Shown here piece by piece: positions 51,595 to 60,176 of a stretch of 60,176 bases of DNA; the first letter of the stretch is position 1, and every line of letters starts with the position of its first letter. The stretch comes from Spirochaetia bacterium (GTDB lineage Bacteria > Spirochaetota > Spirochaetia > DSM-27196 > Salinispiraceae). A model generated the notes under the pieces. That model made no database searches. It was not told where the DNA came from and saw only the letters and a list, made by a program, of their open reading frames with translations. A program made the position numbers and the translations under genes. The stretch covers positions 1 to 60,176 of the forward strand of contig JBBRCZ010000015.1 in assembly GCA_038204425.1 (NCBI GenBank), given 5' to 3'.

Positions 51595-52287
51595 TTATTT
51601 TTTTTGGGCAGTCGGTTTAGGGTTTTGAGCTTTCATCGCTGCCGCAATGTACACCGCCGCCAATATGCTAAAGATGTAAGCCTGCACCATTCCGGTGAGT
51701 AAGCCTAGCACCGTCATCAGTACTGGGAAGATGAAGGGCGAAATGGTAAGCAGGATTGCGACTATCATCGCCCCACTCATCATATTTCCAAATAGACGCA
51801 CAGCAAGTGCCAGTGTTCGCGAAATTTCACTAATTATGTTGAATGGCAGCATGATAAACGTCGGTTTTATGTAGGTTTTGAGGTAGTTACCCAGTCCTTT
51901 TTCCGCGATGCCGAAAAACGGTACAGCTATAAACACACAAAGCGCGAGTGCAATCGTGGTCGAAAGAGAACCGGTTGGGGGTTCGTAACCGGGAATTATA
52001 GTGAAGAGGCTAGCAGTCCCTATGAAGAGAAAAAGTGTACCAAGGAAATTGATATATTTCTTTGGTTCGCTTAGGCCAACTTCTTTGATTTGTCGTTGCA
52101 TCCCTGTGACAAGCATTTCTAACAGGTTTTGCCAGCGTGATCTTTTTTCTGTTATCGATAATTTTCGTGTTATAATTATTGCGACGACTAGCAGTACTAT
52201 CATCAAAGCCCAAGTAAAAACGATAGTGGCGTTGAGTTTAACAAAACCATATTGCCAGTATATGAGTTCGTCGGGACTAAGGCGCAT
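51595..52287 (-). CDS. atpB: N-ATPase a subunit
   Basis: PPTGSLSTT, SRTLALAVRLFGNM, QAYIFSILAAVYI. Confidence 0.95.
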   Translation of the reverse strand: MRLSPDELIYWQYGFVKLNATIVFTWALMIVLLVVAIIITRKLSITEKRSRWQNLLEMLVTGMQRQIKEVGLSEPKKYINFLGTLFLFIGTASLFTIIPGYEPPTGSLSTTIALALCVFIAVPFFGIAEKGLGNYLKTYIKPTFIMLPFNIISEISRTLALAVRLFGNMMSGAMIVAILLTISPFIFPVLMTVLGLLTGMVQAYIFSILAAVYIAAAMKAQNPKPTAQKK

Positions 52288-52591
52288 CTATAACCTCCGC
52301 TTTGTTAGGGCTCGGCTTTGCTGCTTGGCTATGTGTTACCCGAAGTATGATCACCCGTGCTATGAGAAACCCTACGGTACACATTACTATCCGCTGCCAT
52401 TGACCGCCGCCAACAAAATAGAAGGTGGCCAAAACTACAGAAATGCGTACTAGCCAAGCCCCCAAGAACCAAAGCGCTGGGTGTTTTGATGTAAGTCCTC
52501 GTTTTATTGTCCACAGCAGGCCACCAAAGAAAAACGCGCCCAAACACAAACCCGCAATAAAGGCGGCAATCATCGTAACGATGTCAATCAT
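52277..52591 (-). CDS. atpR: N-ATPase-specific membrane subunit AtpR
   Basis: GAFFFGGLLWT...WFLGAWLVR...GFLIAR; lies between atpQ and atpB as in N-ATPase operons. Confidence 0.85.
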   Translation of the reverse strand: MIDIVTMIAAFIAGLCLGAFFFGGLLWTIKRGLTSKHPALWFLGAWLVRISVVLATFYFVGGGQWQRIVMCTVGFLIARVIILRVTHSQAAKPSPNKAEVIDAP

Positions 52592-52887
52592 CGGTATCCT
52601 CCTTTTTTATATCTGCATGTTCTTTATTTATCCAATGCCAGGCATTTGCACATCCGACCGTCAGACCGATGATCAAGAATGTGAGAATCCAGGGATAGCT
52701 GCCTGTAGAAATTTGTTCTATCCAAAAACCAAGCGCTACGCCAAGCAAGGTGGGCACGGTCACGGACCAACCTATGAGTCCCATCATGCCTAAGCCAAAC
52801 CAAACACTCTTGATACCGGTTCGTTTAGCTCTGATCTTGCGACTAGTCTTTGCTCGAATTTGCTGGCTTAAGGAAATTTTGTCATTC

Positions 52888-52895
<8 letters not shown>
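52584..52895 (-). CDS. atpQ: N-ATPase AtpQ (AtpI/AtpZ 'gene 1' family)
   Basis: VWFGLGMMGLIGWSVTVPTLLG...GCANAWHWI. Confidence 0.88.
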
Positions 52896-54781
<1,886 letters not shown>

Positions 54782-54910
54782 CTAGTCGGTGCGGTAGCGC
54801 ACACCATGTATCACTGCGTAATCGGCCCAAGCTGCACCTTTGCTGTAACAAGCATAAAACGAGCAGTAGCGAGATAGATTTAAGCTAATAACTATGTGGA
54901 AGAGTACGAT

Positions 54911-54944
54911 AAGAAAACCGCTCGAACTTGGCAACTTCGAGCGG
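54911..54944 (-). terminator. Rho-independent terminator
   Basis: Minus strand CCGCTCGAA-9 nt-TTCGAGCGG followed by TTTTCTT, 17 nt after the stop at 54962. Confidence 0.7.
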
Positions 54945-54961
54945 ATTCTTTCACAAATATT

Positions 54962-55297
54962 CTATTTGCCAACACTCAGTGTGCCGCTGGAATCTATGCT
55001 ATGCCATTCTGGTCCAACGCCAATTTCATCCGCGTTAGCAACAAAATAAAGCCGATTGTCTACTTTATACAGAGCTGTCGGTTGAGGGCCATCATTTACA
55101 AAATCATGCTCAAGAGTTACTGTATCGCTGGTGTTGAGCGAGTATAAGTCGGACTCGGAAGAGTCGCTTAAACCGACTCCTGAGGCTGGACCTTGGGCAA
55201 AAACATACGCTCCGGCGACAGAACCTACGTTAATTTCCTCAACAAGCTCTATCACATTTGCGGTAGTAAAGCCGGCGCTTGGTATCGATCGGCCCAA
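54962..55297 (-). pseudogene. C-terminal remnant of an ELWxxDGT-like beta-propeller protein
   Basis: VEEINVG...PQPTALYKVDNRLYFVANADEIGVGPEWHSIDS resembles that repeat family. It has its own terminator but no convincing start or signal peptide. Confidence 0.4.
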
Positions 55298-55516
55298 CGT
55301 GCTTGGTAAGTTTTTCGTTTTACTGCCGGATTCTAAATTTCTTCTCGATTCTAGACCAACTGCGTTACCAATCCGTATAAGCGACCGACAGCAGGGCTAC
55401 AAGCTTTAGAGAATCAGCTAAAATCCAAAAATCACAAGCAAATGCAACATAGTGTTGAAAATATGTCATTTTTTTTTCATCAATACAAAATCAGATTTAC
55501 CAGTTTTCTGTATTAG

Positions 55517-55645
55517 ATTATAGAGGATAAAATCCCGGTACTGGATGTTGTTGCCAATGACGAAAGCGGACGCATGGTCGATGTTGAAATTCAGACGGTA
55601 TTGTTGCGATTGTTGCTCAAACTAGGCAAAGATCCGACAGCCTAG
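55517..55645 (+). pseudogene. Fragment of an Rpn-family PD-(D/E)xK nuclease/putative transposase
   Basis: Hand translation IIEDKIPVLDVVANDESGRMVDVEIQ matches the DKxxxLDvxa...NiEiQ core. It is flanked by in-frame stops and is not in the ORF track. Confidence 0.65.
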
Positions 55646-55974
55646 TTTGGTCGACTAAGTTCCCCGTGATGCCAAGCGTAATATGCGTATAGAATTCGAA
55701 TGTTTAGCGGTCAAGTTCAGACTTTTGGCGAATACAGTGTGGCTTTAACCAAAGAACACTGTCGCTAAGTTGTAAATGGTCCTGGCAGAGGAATTGCAGC
55801 AGACAAGAGCATATAGTTTGCTTGCAATCTTTGGAAAAAAGGGCCAAAATAGAACTATTATCATCAATCATACGTTTTGAGACTACTCGCGGGCCAAACT
55901 CTCCAGTGGATTGCCGGCAACTTGGGTTGACGCTAGGTACACTGAAACTAAACGATTTTTAAAAGGTGGGTATC

Positions 55975-56508
55975 ATGAGCACTATTGTTGTCTATAAATC
56001 AATCTCTGGCTTTACTAAAAAGTATGCCAAGTGGATAGCCGATGATTTAAAATCAGATTGTATTGATCTTAAAAATTTACGTGCAAACATGATAGACCAA
56101 CATACAACTATAGTATTTGGCGCCAGCCTTCATGCAGTCGGCATCAGTGGATACAAAAAATTAAAAAAAATTTTGATAGCTTCTAAATACCGAGAGTTGG
56201 TGCTTTTTGCAGTTGGAGCATCACCAAAAAAAGATGGTATTGAGAAGGAAATAGCCGATTCAAATCTCAAAACTTATCAAGATAAACTAATTAATTTATT
56301 CTATTTTAGAGGAGGATTTGATTACTCCAAGCTTAATATTTCTAATAAAATTTTGATGGCATTACTTAAAATTAAAATAAGAATTAAAGGGGAAGGAGAG
56401 CGAACCAGTGACGAAAAAGGAATGCTGGCATCATACGAAAAACCATTCGATGCAACAAAATATGAAAACGTAAAAGAACTTGTTGCCTATGTATTGAACC
56501 TAAAATAG
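55975..56508 (+). CDS. Flavodoxin-domain protein (HemG/Flavodoxin_5-like)
   Basis: IVVYKSISGFTKKYAKWIA, VFGASLHA, FAVGASP, FYFRGGFDYSKL; visibly AT-rich. Confidence 0.85.
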   Translation: MSTIVVYKSISGFTKKYAKWIADDLKSDCIDLKNLRANMIDQHTTIVFGASLHAVGISGYKKLKKILIASKYRELVLFAVGASPKKDGIEKEIADSNLKTYQDKLINLFYFRGGFDYSKLNISNKILMALLKIKIRIKGEGERTSDEKGMLASYEKPFDATKYENVKELVAYVLNLK

Positions 56509-56617
56509 GCACAAAGGCAACGATATGCATAACAGTGCTGAAATCTGGAATACATGCGGTTTCATAGCTATCTTTGTAGTTTAATTCCGGCTCAAAATTA
56601 CTTGGACTTGTCAAAAT

Positions 56618-56647
56618 TTGACAGTCCGCGTAGAAGTTATATATAGT
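56618..56647 (+). promoter_or_regulatory. Possible sigma70 promoter of the sucrose locus
   Basis: TTGACA, 18 nt, TATAGT. Confidence 0.5.
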
Positions 56648-56686
56648 AACTTACAAGATTGTACGACTACTATCTTGCCCTAATTC

Positions 56687-57244
56687 GTGCTTTTTTTAAA
56701 AAATCTGCTGCGCAGCCCTGCTTGGGGTACAAAAATGGAGGCAAGCATGCAAGTAAATTTTTTGCCTCATCTCTACGAGTTTGGAATTAATCCACTGCTT
56801 GTCTCTGGACTAGGAAACGATACTTTAGGAAAAAAAATAGCCAGTGCACTATCCAGATTCTCTCTCCCAAGCTCCGGGATTACTTTTTCTGATAGATACC
56901 CAACCGGCACCGTAACCGTTTCAATTGCTCATATCGATGTTCCCAAGGATCTTCCCCATTCAATACCTCTGCTCTATCATGGTTCACTTACTCTTCGAAA
57001 CCAAGAATCACGAGAGACTCACGATGTACTAAAACAACGAGCCAAAAAAACTTTTGTTGCTATCAACATCAGAAAACCTTGGTTTGACGACGCCTTATTT
57101 TCTACCTACTATAAAATTGTCGCTTGGTTAAAAATCAATCGAGACGAACTGGGAATCCTAATTCACAATAATAATTTGCACACATCAGATCTACTTAAAG
57201 CAACGGGGCGCAACCAGGAGGCAGCGCCTTCTACACTCAACTAA
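56687..57244 (+). pseudogene. PfkB family carbohydrate kinase (fructokinase) remnant
   Basis: Retains PLLVSGLGNDTLG, YPTGTVTV, LYHGSL, INIRKPW, LKINRDEL. Lacks the N-terminal GGAPxN region and the C-terminal DTxGAGD catalytic signature. Confidence 0.75.
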
Positions 57245-57251
57245 AAAACGA

Positions 57252-59414
57252 ATGGGGCAGTATGTGAAAAAACTTACTATAGCACTAATTAATCTTCATG
57301 GCTTGATTAAAAATGAACCAGAACTAGGCATTGACTCGGATACTGGTGGCCAAACAATATATGTGCTCGACCTTGCACGGGCCCTTGCACAATCCGATAT
57401 GGTAAAGAGTGTCACGATTTTTACCCGCCAGATTATAGATCGAAAATATGACAAAGCATATGGCCAAATTACAGAATCACTTGGAGGAAGCGGGCGGATT
57501 GTCCGCATACCATTTGGTCCAAGTCGTTACCTAAAAAAAGAAAGTCTCTGGCCCTATATTGATTCATTTATTGACCAAGCTCTCAACTATATTAGAAGAG
57601 AACGATTTCACCCTGATATAGTACACGGTCATTACGCCGAATCGGGCTATGCAGCCGCCCAGTTGGGGAGACTGCTTGGAATCCCAACAGTTTTTACGGG
57701 CCATTCACTTGGTCGCATTAAGCGAAAAAGACTGCTCGAGGGTGGAAAAAACCAAGAACGGATTGATGCCCAATATGCATTTGAAAGTCGCATTGAAGCA
57801 GAAGAGTTTACCTTGGATACAGCAGCATTTGTTGTCACCAGTACCTATCAAGAGATTGAAGAACAGTACTCAATTTACAATAACTATCGTCCCGAATGTA
57901 TGGAGGTAATCCCGCCAGGAATTGATCTGGATCGATTTTTCCCACCTTCGGATCTTGCGAAAAAAAACCCCCTGATAGAGAGGCTGAGCAATTTTCTCAA
58001 TGAACCGGACAAACCGGCACTGCTTGCGATTGCCCGCCCCGACGAACGAAAGAACTTTGAGGCGCTAATTCGTGCCTACGGCAGTGATCATAATCTTCAA
58101 GAGAAGGCAAACCTTATTCTAATTGCAGGAACGCGAGATGATGTCAATGAAATGGATCCAGCATCCCGCAAGGTTCTTTATAGTATCTTGCATTTGATTG
58201 ACAAATATGACTTGTATGGAAAGGTCGCGTACCCAAAGGCCCATTCCCAAGAAGAGATTCCATCTCTTTACCGTTGGGCGACCACTCGCAAGTCAATATT
58301 TGTAAACCCCGCATACACCGAACCTTTTGGGCTTACACTTCTTGAAGCGGCAGCGTGCGGACTGCCTTTGATTGCAACCAACGACGGTGGTCCGCAGGAT
58401 ATAATCGGTGCCTGCGAAAACGGGACACTAATCAACCCGCTCGAGCCCAAAGAAATTGTACATGCGGCACTAAATATTCTCAACAATTCCGAGATATGGG
58501 AGCAGTTCTCTGCAAACGGAATCAAAGGAACTCTCAGTCACTATTCTTGGAATGCCCATATCTCAAAATATTTGCGTGGAATACAAGAGCTAGTTGAGGG
58601 AAAACGCTCTGATCGTTTTATATTTTCCAGCCCACTTCCCCAAAAGATTTTGCACCTTGAACGCTTAATTATTACCGATATTGATAACACCCTTACTGGT
58701 GATGCACAAGCTCTCGCTGAATTTATAAAAATTCTAAAAGAACTCCCTGCGCAGATTGGCTTCGGGATAGCAACTGGGAGAAGCAAAGAAAGCGCTCTAA
58801 ACATGCTTGACAGTTTGGGAGTTCCCAGACCGGACATTCTTATCACTTCGGTTGGGACCGAAATCCACTTTGGACAGAATCTAGTACCCGACAGAACATG
58901 GGAGGGTCAGATCAATTTTGAGTGGCATCCCGATAGAATCATGGCCGCACTAAAAGACGTGCCAGGAATTTTTCTCCAAAGCCAAGAGCAACTGTCACGA
59001 TATAAAATAAGTTACCAAATTGATACCAAACTCACTACGGCCGCGGATGTTAGAGAATTGTTACGAAAAAATGGACTAAGAACAAAACTAATTTTTTCCT
59101 TGGGCATGTTTCTCGATGTTATCCCGATCCGAGCCGGTGACGGTCTCGCGATCCGCCAGATTGGATTTAAACTGGGAATCCCCTGGGAACACATCCTTGT
59201 TGCAGGCGATTCTGGTAATGACGAGGCAATGTTAAAGGGAGAAACCCTTGGCATTATTGTTTCAAACCATAGCCCCGAACTAAAGAAGCTGTCGGGTTGG
59301 CCTAGAATCTACTTTTCAAATAAAGCGAATGCTGCGGGTATTCTGGACGGCATACAGTACTACCACTTTCTTTCTGACAACATAGAGATTCCTAATGACC
59401 GACACGATGACTAA
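57252..59414 (+). CDS. sps: Sucrose-phosphate synthase with C-terminal HAD-IIB (SPP-like) domain
   Basis: HGLIK...ELGIDSDTGGQTIYVLDLARAL, HGHYA, FTGHSLGRIK, IARPDERKN, FVNPAYTEPFGLTLLEAAACGLP; HAD motifs TDIDNTL and AGDSGND. Confidence 0.9.
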   Translation: MGQYVKKLTIALINLHGLIKNEPELGIDSDTGGQTIYVLDLARALAQSDMVKSVTIFTRQIIDRKYDKAYGQITESLGGSGRIVRIPFGPSRYLKKESLWPYIDSFIDQALNYIRRERFHPDIVHGHYAESGYAAAQLGRLLGIPTVFTGHSLGRIKRKRLLEGGKNQERIDAQYAFESRIEAEEFTLDTAAFVVTSTYQEIEEQYSIYNNYRPECMEVIPPGIDLDRFFPPSDLAKKNPLIERLSNFLNEPDKPALLAIARPDERKNFEALIRAYGSDHNLQEKANLILIAGTRDDVNEMDPASRKVLYSILHLIDKYDLYGKVAYPKAHSQEEIPSLYRWATTRKSIFVNPAYTEPFGLTLLEAAACGLPLIATNDGGPQDIIGACENGTLINPLEPKEIVHAALNILNNSEIWEQFSANGIKGTLSHYSWNAHISKYLRGIQELVEGKRSDRFIFSSPLPQKILHLERLIITDIDNTLTGDAQALAEFIKILKELPAQIGFGIATGRSKESALNMLDSLGVPRPDILITSVGTEIHFGQNLVPDRTWEGQINFEWHPDRIMAALKDVPGIFLQSQEQLSRYKISYQIDTKLTTAADVRELLRKNGLRTKLIFSLGMFLDVIPIRAGDGLAIRQIGFKLGIPWEHILVAGDSGNDEAMLKGETLGIIVSNHSPELKKLSGWPRIYFSNKANAAGILDGIQYYHFLSDNIEIPNDRHDD

Positions 59415-60176
59415 TAGAGCAGCCGATGTGAACTACTAAGCCTCACTTTCTCTTGACAGAATTATGCCTGTCGTAGAAAAAATCTTTGTAGATTCCAACG
59501 AAGAAGAATCTTATAAACGAGACTTCTGTGATGTACTTGCAGAAAATTGGATCACTTTTTTGGCCCGTTTTTTCAGCTTTATCGCTCTCGATATGACTTC
59601 TCCTACCACCTAGAAGGAGCAGTCACACTGCTTGTTAAATCTGCAATAAATCGGCCCAATCCCCTCAGAAAGCTTGATAAAAAAAGTTAAATGATCCCGA
59701 ATGGCTAGTCTCAAACAAAATGGTGGGTGGTGCATTGTATGTTGATCTATTTAGCGAAAACCTAAAACAACTTAAAGAGACGATCCCTTATCTCGCCGAC
59801 CTTGGTCTTGAATATGTACACTTAATGCCACTATATGCAGCTCGACCCGGTAACAAAGGCGGTGGCTATGCCGTTAGCAACTACCGCTCCGTCGATCAAA
59901 AACTTGGAACCATTGAAGACCTAAGTGACGTCTCTACCCAGCTCCATGAAAGAGGTATGTCTTTGGATATGGACTACGTTCAACTCATATCAATGGGACC
60001 TCAATTATTCAAACCCGGAAGTGTTTATTGCAATGCTTGGCGAGCTGCTTTTCCTTGCAAATACTGGAGTTGATATTATTCGGCTGGATGCTGTTGCTTT
60101 TATCTGGAAGCAAATGGGTACCGCTTGCAAAAACCTGCCAGAGGCACATACCTTAATCCAAGCATTTAATGCAGCT
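59407..60176 (+). pseudogene. Amylosucrase (GH13) pseudogene, running off the window
   Basis: ATG 59407 overlaps the sps stop. Lesions: in-frame TAA at 59437, frameshifts near 59556-59573 and 59679-59690, and an internal deletion near 59962. Retained segments: [21 protein letters not shown], then [33 protein letters not shown]. Confidence 0.85.

Noticed and set aside
59720..60073. 117-aa ORF as a standalone gene
   Set aside because: It is an internal fragment of the amylosucrase pseudogene, and its C-terminus is out of frame after the deletion.

Overview
60 kb of a spirochaete (Spirochaetales-like) chromosome, judged from flaA, a spiro-SPASM protein, a UPF0164 protein and a giant HAMP-PP2C phosphatase. 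All family assignments come from motif recognition by eye; no database search was run. The first ~40 kb looks like core genome. It holds a partial flaA, GerMN and amidase genes, a putative glycan-modification operon (spiro-SPASM, glycosyltransferase, cytidylyltransferase, PseG/SpsG-methyltransferase fusion, ATP-grasp), xseAB, a TPR/phosphatase envelope-signalling block, a TIR-like-ankyrin protein, aat, an M16 peptidase, alaA, a degenerate HD-GYP protein, pepF, FNR-miaB-A-type Fe-S carrier, and a HEPN-like/SF1 helicase. From ~40.4 kb on the window looks accessory and partly decaying: DUF4386, a YqjD/ElaB-like protein, a broken MFS gene, ilvD, orphan cysDN, a complete Na+-type N-ATPase operon, Rpn-nuclease and ELWxxDGT-like remnants, a flavodoxin, and a sucrose locus where the synthase is intact but the fructokinase and amylosucrase are pseudogenes. 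The most striking observation is a Balon/baeRF3-like putative ribosome hibernation factor gene embedded between atpA and atpG of the N-ATPase operon. I found no CRISPR array, tRNA or rRNA.
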